This document shows positions 29,713-39,612 of a stretch of DNA of 64,000 nucleotides, in pieces. A program made the translations under genes and the position numbers. The stretch spans positions 15,860 through 79,859 of the forward strand of contig JBGSLH010000008.1 in NCBI GenBank assembly GCA_041740795.1, written 5' to 3'. The stretch's first letter is position 1, and each line of letters opens with the position of its first letter. Source of the DNA: Minisyncoccia bacterium. Its GTDB lineage: Bacteria; Patescibacteriota; Minisyncoccia; Phycocordibacterales; JAACPR01. The notes under the pieces are model-generated. The model was not told the origin of the DNA, made no database searches, and saw only the letters and a program-made list of their open reading frames with translations.

Positions 29713-30171
29713 ATGGAAAATTTAAATACAAAAGATACTAAAAACTGTTATCAGTGCCTTTCAGAAATGCCAAAACGAGCACGAAAATGTGCAAAATGTG
29801 GAAGTAAGCAACCAAGTCAAATACTCAAGGTTGCAGCAATAATTATCGGACTTATCGTTCTTTGGACAATGATTACATCTTCATTTGAAGACAGTGCTCC
29901 AGTTGTAACAGAAACATATAATCCGCCGGTTCCTGTTCAACAATCAAGTTTTGAACTTGGGAAGTATAAAGTTGAATCAGAAGAGTTTGCATATATTAAT
30001 CCTAAAGAATTAAATCTTTGGAAGTCATATAGTGATAGAACAAAAGTTGGAACAGTATCTGAAGGGAGTGTTATTGAAGTGATTGAACACGATTCTAAAA
30101 ATGACTACTGTAAAATCAAGACAGACAAGAGTACAGGTTGGGTAGCATGTGGATGGCTAGTAAAACAATAA
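29713..30171 (+). CDS. Zn-ribbon + TM + SH3-like protein
   Basis: CYQC...CAKCG, TM segment, C-terminal CKIKT..TGWV. Confidence 0.7.
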   Translation: MENLNTKDTKNCYQCLSEMPKRARKCAKCGSKQPSQILKVAAIIIGLIVLWTMITSSFEDSAPVVTETYNPPVPVQQSSFELGKYKVESEEFAYINPKELNLWKSYSDRTKVGTVSEGSVIEVIEHDSKNDYCKIKTDKSTGWVACGWLVKQ

Positions 30172-30633
30172 TCACTTCTTCTTAGTGTAAAAAGGTTTCC
30201 ATCTATCAAGCATTGCGCGAGCTTTTTGTTTGATTCTCTCTCTATCTTCTTTTGACTGTCCAAATTTGATTTGATTTAAATCGTTCATCATCCTGTAGTG
30301 CTCCTTAATCAATTCTCGTTCAAATACATTCACGCCTGCACCTCGATGCATAAAAGGTTTCCTGTATGCATGATGCCTATTGGATAACCAAAATTTACTC
30401 GTTCCAATGTCTCCTTTTTTAATCCCATTTAGAATATTACTTTCTGCCACGTCACTGACCAAACTACTTCCAATTTCTATTGCATCTGTTGCTTGTGTCT
30501 TAAACTTAGAATCTTCTTTCATCCAGCGATAAAAAGTTTGTCTTGATATTCCAACTTTCGTACACGCAATTTGTACAATCGGAGTTGACTCTAGTTCTCT
30601 AAGAATTTTCTTTTGTAAATTATCTTTTTTCAC
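30172..30633 (-). CDS. HTH protein resembling phage small-terminase-like (phBC6A51-type) proteins
   Basis: IVQIACTKVGISRQTFYRW, DVAES; overlaps the MTase stop. Confidence 0.65.
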   Translation of the reverse strand: MKKDNLQKKILRELESTPIVQIACTKVGISRQTFYRWMKEDSKFKTQATDAIEIGSSLVSDVAESNILNGIKKGDIGTSKFWLSNRHHAYRKPFMHRGAGVNVFERELIKEHYRMMNDLNQIKFGQSKEDRERIKQKARAMLDRWKPFYTKKK

Positions 30634-31909
30634 AACGATTAATCTTAGCTTTTTGACCAGTCATCTTTTCATATCTTTTAATAATGAGGTCACAGAAAAT
30701 AGGTTCAAGTTCACATCCGTATACTCGTCTTTGGAGTAATTCACCTGCAATTAATGTACTTCCTGATCCCAGAAAACTATCAAGGATTATGTCATTTGGC
30801 TTGGTGCATCTTTTCATTGCTTTTTCATGCAGTTGAGGTGGTTTTGAAGTTGCATGCTGATAGTCTTGTGCAGATAATCTTTTAGCAGTCCAAACATCTA
30901 TAAAGTCATCTACTTCATCAAGTAGATTATTACCAGTAGTCAGTTCTTTATTCATAACCTCGTTTAGATTATTGATTGTATGTGCAAGATATGGTTTTCC
31001 ACGAACACCATACGTCACAGGTTCATATACCTTGTTGAAGGCAACGGAAGGAACTGGGTTCTGATTATTCTTGAGCCACAAACATACGCGCTTGTTTGAT
31101 ATCCCAAGTAGGCGATAGAGTTCTTGCACAATTCCGATATAAATTTGATCAGACCAGTAGAACACATGAATATCTTTCTTACATACTTTTAAAGCACATT
31201 CTATACTGTCTTTAAGAAATTTATAATATTGATCAAATGTTCTCTTATCTTTCACGTCTCCACCATATGATTGTTTTCCTCCAATGCCTCCGTTGTAATC
31301 AACTTCAATATTGTAGACAGGGTCTGAATAAATCATCGATGCTTTTTCATTGCCAAATAGTTTTTTTAGAATTTCTGGGTCAGTTGAATCTCCACAGATA
31401 ATCCTGTGCTTTCCAAGAGTAATAATGTCACCCAATCGAATTTTAGGCTTTTTAATTTTTTGTAACTCTTTTTCAACATCAAAGTTATCATCGGTAACCT
31501 CTTTGTCTTGGTCCCAAAAATCTGCAATTTCAATCTCATCAAAACCAGCAAATTCTAAAGTTTTGATATCAAATGATTTGAGTAAATCAAAATCCCAATC
31601 ACCACCAAGTTTGTTGGATGCAATGAGATATTGCTCTGACTCTTTTTTAGTTAGTTTTCGATTTGGAATTCGAACATCAATTATTTCATCACCTCGACCA
31701 AGTAGGTGAAGGGCTTGTAATCTTTGGTGACCGGCCAGAATTACGCCATTAATATCAATGGCAGGTATTTCCACTAGATTGAATTTAGTGAGACTCTTTT
31801 TAATGTCAGACATTTGCTTATCTGTAATCTGTCTTGGATTTATTTTTTGAGGTGTTAAATCAGACACTTTTCTTTGAACTGTAGTCCATGTTAGTTTTTG
31901 TATATTCAT
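30620..31909 (-). CDS. ParB-N domain + N6A/N4C DNA methyltransferase
   Basis: NPRQI, LAGHQRL (ParB-N); CGDST, SDPVY, HATSKP, LDSFLGSGSTL. Confidence 0.88.
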   Translation of the reverse strand: MNIQKLTWTTVQRKVSDLTPQKINPRQITDKQMSDIKKSLTKFNLVEIPAIDINGVILAGHQRLQALHLLGRGDEIIDVRIPNRKLTKKESEQYLIASNKLGGDWDFDLLKSFDIKTLEFAGFDEIEIADFWDQDKEVTDDNFDVEKELQKIKKPKIRLGDIITLGKHRIICGDSTDPEILKKLFGNEKASMIYSDPVYNIEVDYNGGIGGKQSYGGDVKDKRTFDQYYKFLKDSIECALKVCKKDIHVFYWSDQIYIGIVQELYRLLGISNKRVCLWLKNNQNPVPSVAFNKVYEPVTYGVRGKPYLAHTINNLNEVMNKELTTGNNLLDEVDDFIDVWTAKRLSAQDYQHATSKPPQLHEKAMKRCTKPNDIILDSFLGSGSTLIAGELLQRRVYGCELEPIFCDLIIKRYEKMTGQKAKINRCEKR

Positions 31910-32061
31910 AATATTAATTATTATTTATTAATGTTTTGACAAATACATACAAAAAGCCCACCTCTCATATGAAGATTCAATACACTAAAATAATGTATTC
32001 AAGCTTTCTATATGAGTTAGGTGGGTTAATTGCTTAAGCGACACTAACTACTTTATTTGTC

Positions 32062-32436
32062 TTACTCTAAAGAATTCTTAGGAACTAAGCGACCTGTTAG
32101 TAAAAATTCAAGAGAATCCATGTCTTCTATATCTTTACCATCAAGTCTTATGTTTAGATCCGTATCAAGTAATTCTTCGATCTCTTCATCTTTGTCTTGA
32201 TAATCAAAAAAACCATTTATTTGAATTTCATTTTTTATGATTTTTTCCTTTTGATAGGGAAGTATTTTGAACTTCGCAATCAAACCTCCTTTTTGGCCAT
32301 CTAGACAAGCGCTTTGTTTTTCTAAAACAATTCTCTGTGATTTGGAAGAATCCCAATTTTTCTCCTCACGATTACGTAATTTTCTTTTGGGAAAATTTAA
32401 TGTAATGGCTTTGAAATTTTTGATGATTATTTCCAT
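32062..32436 (-). CDS. hypothetical protein
   Basis: 124-aa ORF in the leftward operon. Confidence 0.6.
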   Translation of the reverse strand: MEIIIKNFKAITLNFPKRKLRNREEKNWDSSKSQRIVLEKQSACLDGQKGGLIAKFKILPYQKEKIIKNEIQINGFFDYQDKDEEIEELLDTDLNIRLDGKDIEDMDSLEFLLTGRLVPKNSLE

Positions 32437-32442
32437 GATACT

Positions 32443-32583
32443 TTAACTTTTAGAACCTCGTTTATGTTTTTGAGATAGGGCACTTCCTGCTAACCTTTTT
32501 GTGGTTTTAGAAGTGCTTTTACTCCTCAGTGCTTTACTTGCAGTTCTTGCAACTTTGGCACTCGTTGTTTTTCTGTGACCCAT
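32443..32583 (-). CDS. 46-aa basic small protein (AGSALSQ motif), absent from ORF track
   Basis: MGHRKTTSAKVARTASKALRSKSTSKTTKRLAGSALSQKHKRGSKS; first gene of the leftward operon. Confidence 0.7.
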   Translation of the reverse strand: MGHRKTTSAKVARTASKALRSKSTSKTTKRLAGSALSQKHKRGSKS

Positions 32584-32713
32584 ATTGTTCTTGGGTTAAC
32601 TAATAATGATGATTGAAATATTCAATCTATTCTTATTTTACCAAGGTTGTTTGTCAAAAGTCAAGACAATATATTTCTGAGCATTGCAAAAGTAAAGTGT
32701 AAGTGATATTATT

Positions 32714-33367
32714 ATGTATATGGAAGCAAAAAATCTGCATATAAAACAACAACTAATACTTTCAATGCTTGAATCTGGAAAAGATTTAGGAGCGATGACT
32801 CTTCGTGGTATTGCTGAAGATATTGGAGCTCCTGGGAAACCTCAAATTGCCAAACATCACTTAGATCAACTCGAAAAAAGGGGATTGATACAGATGAACC
32901 TAAAAGAGAATTTTATTAAACTTGTAAAAAAGGGATATAACAAACCTGTTGTGAGTCCTCTGTACTCTCTGCCAGTTATGGGATCTGCCAATTGCGGTTC
33001 TCCTACAATTTTTGCTGAACAGAACATTGAAAAATATTTGAAAGTTTCTTCTAGTAGATTACCAAGAAACAAAAAAAGTCTCTATGTATTAATTGCTAGT
33101 GGATCGAGTATGAACGATGTTTCTATTGATGGTAAAAATATTGAGAACGGTGATTTTGTGTTAGTAGACAGTAATTATAAAGACTACAAAGATGGAGATG
33201 TTGTTGTTGCTGTTGTGGATGGATTAGCAACAATTAAAATATATTTCAAAAGAGGTGATGAAATAATTTTAAAACCAAAATCAACAGAAGATCATCTCCC
33301 TGTTTATCTCCATGAGGATGATGAGTTTGCGTTTAATGGAAAGGTTGTAGGAGTTATTAAAAATTGA
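32714..33367 (+). CDS. LexA-like repressor (wHTH + S24 peptidase)
   Basis: HHLDQLEKRGLI, ANCG cleavage site, GSSM (Ser), ATIK (Lys). Confidence 0.88.
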   Translation: MYMEAKNLHIKQQLILSMLESGKDLGAMTLRGIAEDIGAPGKPQIAKHHLDQLEKRGLIQMNLKENFIKLVKKGYNKPVVSPLYSLPVMGSANCGSPTIFAEQNIEKYLKVSSSRLPRNKKSLYVLIASGSSMNDVSIDGKNIENGDFVLVDSNYKDYKDGDVVVAVVDGLATIKIYFKRGDEIILKPKSTEDHLPVYLHEDDEFAFNGKVVGVIKN

Positions 33368-33368
33368 T

Positions 33369-34514
33369 ATGCCGATTACTAATGTAAAAGAAATTAAGGA
33401 TGCTCGAGGTATTGATCCAAATACAAAAGCCTTGTTATTTGCAAAAACTGCAGGTAGGTGTGAGTTGTGTAATAAATTGACCATTAAAGATGTAACAACT
33501 GGAGTGAATTTAATTTGGGGAGAAATGGCCCACATATATGCGTTTAGTGAGGGTGGTCCTCGAGCACAGGTAGATAAACTTAGGAAAAATGATATTGAGA
33601 ATTTACTTCTGGCTTGTCCTAATTGTCATGAAAAAATTGATAAAGGAGTTCAGGAAAAATATTATACAGTTAAATATCTACAAGAATCTAAAAAGAATCA
33701 TGAAGATAGAATAAAATTAGCAACAAGTTTTTCGTCAGAACAAAAAACTAAAGTATTGAAAACGGTTGCAAATATTAATAATGAAATAGTAAAACTTTCT
33801 AACTTCGATATGTTCCAGGCCTTAATGGTAGAAAAATTACTCACTTCTGAAGAAAATTGCGAAGAAATTAATTTTACACAAAATTCAGGTCTTAATAATC
33901 AGACATATTGGAAATCAAAAAAACAAGATATTGATGAAATTATAAAAAATTTTATTTCTGATTTGAAAAGAGAGAAGTTTGAACATATTTCAATTTTCGG
34001 GATTGGACCAATTCCACTTCTGATGTATTTAGGTTCAAAATTAGACAATAAGATTAATACAAAAGTATTTCAAAGACACCGTGATGGTGAGAGTTGGAGC
34101 TGGAAGAAGGGAATACCAAAAGCTGAATATAATTTTAGTGTAAAGAAAAAGGGCTCTGACAAAAATAAAGTTTCACTTCTACTGTCTCTTTCTGGAACTA
34201 TAAATCGTAACCTACTCCCAACTAATGTCAAAGAAAATTATATGTACGAATTGTCTCTTAAGGGTAGTCCTAATTATAATTTTTTGCAAACAGAAAAAGA
34301 CCTATTTCATTTTGAAAAAGATTTCACTACGGCTATAAGTAAAATAAAAAATAATCACCCTAATTTAAAAAGCATCGATGTTTTCCCGGCTGTCCCAGCA
34401 CCTGTTGCAATTATATGTGGTAGGTCCTTAAATAAAAACTCTGACCCCAAATTAAGGATTTTTAATACATCCAACAAGAAGAAGTTCGTTTATTCATTAA
34501 CAATTAATAATTAA
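33369..34514 (+). CDS. CBASS HNH-SAVED effector (Cap5-like)
   Basis: AGRCELC, EMAHI, NLLLACPNCHEKID; SAVED motifs GPIPLLMYLG, FQRHR, VFPAVPAPVAIICGR. Confidence 0.88.
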   Translation: MPITNVKEIKDARGIDPNTKALLFAKTAGRCELCNKLTIKDVTTGVNLIWGEMAHIYAFSEGGPRAQVDKLRKNDIENLLLACPNCHEKIDKGVQEKYYTVKYLQESKKNHEDRIKLATSFSSEQKTKVLKTVANINNEIVKLSNFDMFQALMVEKLLTSEENCEEINFTQNSGLNNQTYWKSKKQDIDEIIKNFISDLKREKFEHISIFGIGPIPLLMYLGSKLDNKINTKVFQRHRDGESWSWKKGIPKAEYNFSVKKKGSDKNKVSLLLSLSGTINRNLLPTNVKENYMYELSLKGSPNYNFLQTEKDLFHFEKDFTTAISKIKNNHPNLKSIDVFPAVPAPVAIICGRSLNKNSDPKLRIFNTSNKKKFVYSLTINN

Positions 34515-34517
34515 AAT

Positions 34518-35408
34518 ATGGAAACTAATAAATATTTAAAAGAAGTACTAAAACAGGAAGCATTAGAAGACGACGGTCCTGAGCTAAAAGAATTACGTTC
34601 TGAGCGAGAAAAAATAGAGAAAATAATCTTAGAAAAGTTTTCTGAGTCTAGCCCATCTATTCGTTATGGTGGCTCAAAAGCAAAAGGTACAATGATAAAA
34701 AGTAGTTTTGATTTAGATATCACTGTGTACTTTGATCATAATGACACTAAGTGTGGAAGTAGTTTGAAAGAGATCTTTGATAATGTTACAGAGGCATTTT
34801 CCGAGACTTATTTACCTGTACCCAAAAACGCATCGATACGATTAGAGTCAAAGGGGGATAATAATATGTATACACATATAGATATTGTTCCTGGACGTTT
34901 TATTTCAGATAATAAGGAAAATGAAGATGTCTTTATTCATCAAAATACAGGAGAAAAAGGTTTTTTAAAGACAAATCTTAATAAGCACAAGGAATTCATT
35001 AGTAAAAGTGGTTTGCGAGAAGAGATAAAACTTGCAAAGATTTGGAAGATTAAAAACAATCTCGAAGTTAAAACTTTTGTTTTAGAGTTGTTACTAATCA
35101 AAATTCTAAAAGAATATGTTGGGAAACCTTTGGAGGATAACATGATTTTGTTCTGGGAAACCTTAAGGGACAAGATTAATAATATTACTATCATTGATCC
35201 TGCTAATTCTAGTAATGATTTAACTGATATTTTAAATAAAAGTAAATATACACTATGTAGTAGTGCTTCAACAGCATTGTATTATGTAAACTCAGATTCT
35301 TGGAAAAGTATTTTTGGAGAAGTTAATAATTTGGAAAAAGTAAATATTGAGGATAGTACACCAATGGCCATCACTAGTACTCCGAAACCATGGTCTTCGA
35401 TTTCATGA
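34518..35408 (+). CDS. CBASS CD-NTase (SMODS nucleotidyltransferase)
   Basis: YGGSKAKGT..FDLD, IDIVPG, KTFVLELL, DPAN, C-terminal PKPW. Confidence 0.88.
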   Translation: METNKYLKEVLKQEALEDDGPELKELRSEREKIEKIILEKFSESSPSIRYGGSKAKGTMIKSSFDLDITVYFDHNDTKCGSSLKEIFDNVTEAFSETYLPVPKNASIRLESKGDNNMYTHIDIVPGRFISDNKENEDVFIHQNTGEKGFLKTNLNKHKEFISKSGLREEIKLAKIWKIKNNLEVKTFVLELLLIKILKEYVGKPLEDNMILFWETLRDKINNITIIDPANSSNDLTDILNKSKYTLCSSASTALYYVNSDSWKSIFGEVNNLEKVNIEDSTPMAITSTPKPWSSIS

Positions 35409-36124
35409 GTATGGCGCTATATAAATTTAGTGAGGAGGAGGTAGAATCTGTTTTTAAGAAATATAAAAAACTAAAATTGAACAAAAACGGTTTTATTGAA
35501 GGTGAAATATTGTTAAATCACACTTATGATGACATTCATATAAAAGATAAATTTCAGATAGTTATAGGTGCTGATGAAGAGTATCCTAAAACCACACCTC
35601 GATTAATGGAAGTCGGAAAGAGAACAGAGAAAATTGCTCAGAAATATAATATAAAAGATTTTAGGGATTTACATAATAATTCAAAAGATGGTGGAACTGT
35701 ATGTTTGGGGAGTCCTCGTGAAATTAGAAATAAATTTCCAGTTGGTTCAGATCTAGTGGTCTTTGTCGATGATTTGGTAATACCTTATCTATTTGGATTT
35801 AGTTTTTATGAAAAACATAAAAAATGGCCTTGGGGAGAATTAAGTCATGGTATTCTGGGAATTTTGGAAGACTATCTGGATATCAAAGATGTATCTAGAA
35901 CTGATATAGATAATGTATTATTGTTGATTAAGAGGAGTCCAGATTGGATTGATTACAATAAACAAATAAAAAAACTCAGTCCACAAAAACATTGTATCTG
36001 TGGCTCGTGCAGACCCTTTTGTAAATGTCATTCTGATGCATGGAAAGGTTTAGAAAAACTTGTTTGTGATATGAAAAAATTTAATCTAAATGTAAAATCT
36101 GCACTAAGTCAGATTAAGATTTAA
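35405..36124 (+). CDS. prokaryotic E2-like protein with C-terminal SEC-C-like motif
   Basis: YPKTTPRL, DLH..KDGGTVCLG (candidate catalytic Cys), WPWGELSHG, CICGSCRPFCKCH; ATGA overlap with CD-NTase. Confidence 0.75.
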   Translation: MSMALYKFSEEEVESVFKKYKKLKLNKNGFIEGEILLNHTYDDIHIKDKFQIVIGADEEYPKTTPRLMEVGKRTEKIAQKYNIKDFRDLHNNSKDGGTVCLGSPREIRNKFPVGSDLVVFVDDLVIPYLFGFSFYEKHKKWPWGELSHGILGILEDYLDIKDVSRTDIDNVLLLIKRSPDWIDYNKQIKKLSPQKHCICGSCRPFCKCHSDAWKGLEKLVCDMKKFNLNVKSALSQIKI

Positions 36125-36728
36125 TTTTCTTATTTAATTTCATATTTTTCATCTCTTCTCTAACCCATTTTCTGTGTTTTTTATCTCTATGTCTATCATA
36201 AGATTTTCTTATTGGATTAAACTTGATTATTAGATTAGGGTTTTCTTTTTTAAGGAAAATATACTCGTGAACTTTACCATCTTCATTTAATATCTCTCTT
36301 GCAACTAGTTTGCCTTCTCGAACATATTTTTTAACCGTTTGTATATGAAGACCTAAATCACTTTTTAATTGCCAAGTTTTTATATAACTATCACTGTTGT
36401 GACAAATAAAACTAGGTACAACACCTGTGTCTAGTGCTTTCTGACAAAGTGAACATTTATTGCCATTCCAATCATACCAACCGTTGACCTCGTCGATACC
36501 ACATCCACATATGATACAACTATATTGGCCATCAACTGGAAATCCTTTAGGCTCTGTCTTCAGACGTTTTTTCTTTCTTTGGTCTCTAATTGCGATATCA
36601 AAAAGGAGATCTGCTAAACCTATTAAATTATTGGTGGCTTCTTGTGCTTCAGAATCACTCATTTCTTTACCTTCCTTTTTCTTATATAACTTTTTTATTT
36701 CTTCTGTTAATTTCTCAGATGATTTCAT
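36114..36728 (-). CDS. hypothetical protein with Zn-finger and HTH-like segment
   Basis: CIICG...CSLC; LHIQTVKKYVREGKL resembles MerR/excisionase-type HTH. Confidence 0.65.
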   Translation of the reverse strand: MKSSEKLTEEIKKLYKKKEGKEMSDSEAQEATNNLIGLADLLFDIAIRDQRKKKRLKTEPKGFPVDGQYSCIICGCGIDEVNGWYDWNGNKCSLCQKALDTGVVPSFICHNSDSYIKTWQLKSDLGLHIQTVKKYVREGKLVAREILNEDGKVHEYIFLKKENPNLIIKFNPIRKSYDRHRDKKHRKWVREEMKNMKLNKKIKS

Positions 36729-36820
36729 AAAGTATTAAAGGTTACTTTGTAATGAGGTACTACTTTATATTTTATAATGGACTCGATATTTTAATCCAGA
36801 CATGCTAGTGTTTGGGGCAT

Positions 36821-37018
36821 ATGAGGGAAACAAACACATTATCTATAATTCTAAACATAATACTGATACCTATTGTGATAATTAGTAAGGTTATTGCTTT
36901 GATATATAAGGGTATAAAGAGGGTAGTATTTGATATGCTTAAACATGTATATGGCAAAATAATTGCTCTCCTTGTGGCCTTTGTAGTGATTTGGATAGTT
37001 ACATATCTCTTTCGCTAG
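36821..37018 (+). CDS. small membrane protein
   Basis: Two hydrophobic segments. Confidence 0.5.
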   Translation: MRETNTLSIILNIILIPIVIISKVIALIYKGIKRVVFDMLKHVYGKIIALLVAFVVIWIVTYLFR

Positions 37019-37114
37019 GCAGTGTCACTTTTGTCACTTTTTATAGGTGCTCAAGTCGCGTCATTTCAAAATTTAAAGATTGTACCAACCATCAAGCAGG
37101 GCTTGGTGGTGGTT

Positions 37115-37137
37115 GGTTCGAGCTCTTGTCGGCCAGC
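37115..37137 (+). repeat. att-like copy of the tRNA-Gln 3' end
   Basis: GGTTCGAGCTCTTGTCGGCCAGC vs GGTTCGAGTCCTTGTCGGGCAGC at 17533-17555 (20/23 identical). Confidence 0.8.
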
Positions 37138-37225
37138 AGCACATTTTCTTCTTGTTTTTCAACCTATTTTTATTGAGGTGTCTTGGACGCTAGAACTTTT
37201 TACATAAAGTGCTATTATTTAATCA

Positions 37226-37732
37226 ATGAAGAATTTTATAAAAATACTGTCTATAATTTTTATTATTGGACTGACAAGTTTTATTGCTTATTGGCTTTAT
37301 TTAGATTCAAATTATTATTTAAGCCCTAGTTCTGATGAAATGCAGAAAATATCCCAAATTACATTAGAAAAAAACAGTCCTGACGAATGTTATAAAATTA
37401 AAAATTCTCCTTTGGCCGTAATGGAGCCCAGTTCAAAAGACTTAGTAAATAATTGTCTTTACAACTTTGCACTATCAACTAAAAATATTGAAGTTTGTAA
37501 AAATTATATAGATTACAGAGGTAAGTTTTATAGTGATGAAAGATGCTCCAAATTTGTTACCCTTTTAAACAAAGAAAAAAATAATTGTAGTGACATAACT
37601 TCTCTTGATGAACAAATTTTGGATGGAACAAGTTCTATGTATTGTTCTAGTAGGTCAGACCAGATTTCAAAAAATATTTGTTCAAATATAAAAGAACTTG
37701 TAAATAAGTGTGATTTAGGAATTGAGATATAA
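37226..37732 (+). CDS. Cys-rich exported hypothetical protein
   Basis: N-terminal TM, repeated Cys spacing. Confidence 0.7.
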   Translation: MKNFIKILSIIFIIGLTSFIAYWLYLDSNYYLSPSSDEMQKISQITLEKNSPDECYKIKNSPLAVMEPSSKDLVNNCLYNFALSTKNIEVCKNYIDYRGKFYSDERCSKFVTLLNKEKNNCSDITSLDEQILDGTSSMYCSSRSDQISKNICSNIKELVNKCDLGIEI

Positions 37733-37798
37733 ATAAAATATTAAATAGTGTACTTGAGGGTGTGGTAATAAAACTCACTCTTTCCTTGTAGTAAAACG

Positions 37799-37827
37799 GT
37801 TCTAACATCATCCAAGAGGCCCAGCAA
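37799..37827 (+). repeat. 29-bp cassette-boundary motif
   Basis: GTTCTAACATCATCCAAGAGGCCCAGCAA. Confidence 0.7.
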
Positions 37828-37891
37828 GTATGAGGTAGGTTCGGAGTACGAGGTGCATTGTTTATAATAATTATTGTGATAAAAATTTGAT

Positions 37892-39418
37892 ATGGAACCA
37901 GAGGTTTTCAAACTTTATAAACCAGTAAGAAATCATTTGAGAAGAGTCTCTATTGAGAATGCTTTCTATGTTATTTGGGCTTATGTGAGATGTTTCCAGT
38001 TTAGTACTCCTATTCCTAAAGACATACAAGTTGATCAATCTATTCTATCTGCAAAAGATATTCCCAGTAGGGGTTTGTATGAATGGGAACTATCACTTCT
38101 TGCAAGAGAAGTTTTGGCTAATGGTGAAAGTGAATTGATTCTGTCTACGGAATCTTTTAATAAATGGTCATATTTCTCTAATGTTATAAATAAAATAAAA
38201 AATTTTGAGAATAATGTGTGGCCTGTTATAGGTAGCAAAGAATTATTGCGACATGAACTTCGCCGAATTGCTCATCGTCAATTTCCTTGGCATTTTAAAA
38301 TAACATCAGCAGATTTTGTTAGGTATTACAAAATCTACAACAATCCAAGAATAAGAGATAAAGTAAAAGAAATAATTGGTATTAATACACAGGATTGGTA
38401 TGTAATAGGGACTGCTATCCTAGGTGCATTTTTGTCTCATACCAAAATGAACATAGATTCAAATATAGAACTAACAAATGTTACTAAAAAAGAATTTGAT
38501 ATTTTTTTAGACTTCATCTCAAATACCATTGATGGGTTCAGGGAGATAATCAAAAAAGATGTTAAATATGATGATCAGTATGTCTATTCTTTTAACCCGC
38601 TCGAGTACTTTCCGTTAGTAGAAATTGGTAGTTACTATTATTGTCCGATTATTAATTTTTTAGCATGGAGAATTACATCTGGACTGTATTTTGATCTCAT
38701 AAAAAATGATAAGAATACAAGTTTTGGTAATGCTTTTGGGCTATCTTTTCAAGATTATTTATATGAAATATCTGAAAAGGTCCTTGATTCAAAAAAAATC
38801 CTACATTATAGAGAAGATAAGTATAAGGTTGACAAGCTTCAAAAAGATAGTGTCGATCTCATTATTAAACAGGGGGATAGTTTTTTTTTCGTGGAAGCTA
38901 AGGCGAAAAGAATGCAGGTCAAATCAAAAACTCAACTTTCTGATGAATCAGCATTGAAAGAAGATATTGATGTTTTAGCTGAGGATATTGTTCAGGTTTA
39001 TCAAACATTAGATGATTTTAAGAAGGGACACTATTCTCATTTAGAATATAAAGAAGGTGACAACATATACTCAATGGTAGTAACTTTAGAAGACTGGTAC
39101 TTGCTCGGAGAAGATCTTTTGGACGTTCAGGAGAAAGTAAAAGAGAAAATGAGAGTAAAGGGATTATCGGAGGATATGATTGAAAAACACCCATATATTC
39201 TCTGCTCTGTGAAAACTTTTGAAATACTAATACAAGTTTTGAATACAAGAATGATTAGTGAAATTATGTCAGATTGGCTTGTTCCAGAAAAAGTGGGTCA
39301 TGATTTTGGAAATTTTTTAATTACAGAATATGGGAAAGGAGTTAAATATATAGACAACTTCTTCCCTGAAGATTTTGAAAAGATTTATAAAGATCAATTA
39401 GGAAAAAGACAACAATAA
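37892..39418 (+). CDS. hypothetical protein with C-terminal PD-(D/E)XK (NERD-like) nuclease motif
   Basis: FQDY...VDLII...FVEAKAK...IVQVY. Confidence 0.65.
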   Translation: MEPEVFKLYKPVRNHLRRVSIENAFYVIWAYVRCFQFSTPIPKDIQVDQSILSAKDIPSRGLYEWELSLLAREVLANGESELILSTESFNKWSYFSNVINKIKNFENNVWPVIGSKELLRHELRRIAHRQFPWHFKITSADFVRYYKIYNNPRIRDKVKEIIGINTQDWYVIGTAILGAFLSHTKMNIDSNIELTNVTKKEFDIFLDFISNTIDGFREIIKKDVKYDDQYVYSFNPLEYFPLVEIGSYYYCPIINFLAWRITSGLYFDLIKNDKNTSFGNAFGLSFQDYLYEISEKVLDSKKILHYREDKYKVDKLQKDSVDLIIKQGDSFFFVEAKAKRMQVKSKTQLSDESALKEDIDVLAEDIVQVYQTLDDFKKGHYSHLEYKEGDNIYSMVVTLEDWYLLGEDLLDVQEKVKEKMRVKGLSEDMIEKHPYILCSVKTFEILIQVLNTRMISEIMSDWLVPEKVGHDFGNFLITEYGKGVKYIDNFFPEDFEKIYKDQLGKRQQ

Positions 39419-39521
39419 CTTTTTTAAAGTGTCGCTTTTCAACCATTCCGAGGTGCATCAAAACCACTTTCAAAATTCTCATTGAAAACCCTTGTGGGGC
39501 TTGTTAGTAAAAATAACGAGA

Positions 39522-39600
39522 CCGAGCTGTCCAGCTCGTTTTTTAACCCTTTGTTTTCAATGTGAATTTTATATACCTGTCAGTGACTTGAAACTTTTGA
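39522..39600 (+). repeat. long-form boundary repeat
   Basis: CCGAGCTGTCCAGCTCGTT...TTTATATACCTGTC, near-identical to 43875-43955. Confidence 0.7.
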
Positions 39601-39612
39601 TATGATTGACGT

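Noticed and set aside
26532-37137. Intact prophage
   Set aside because: No capsid, portal, large terminase, tail or lysis genes recognisable
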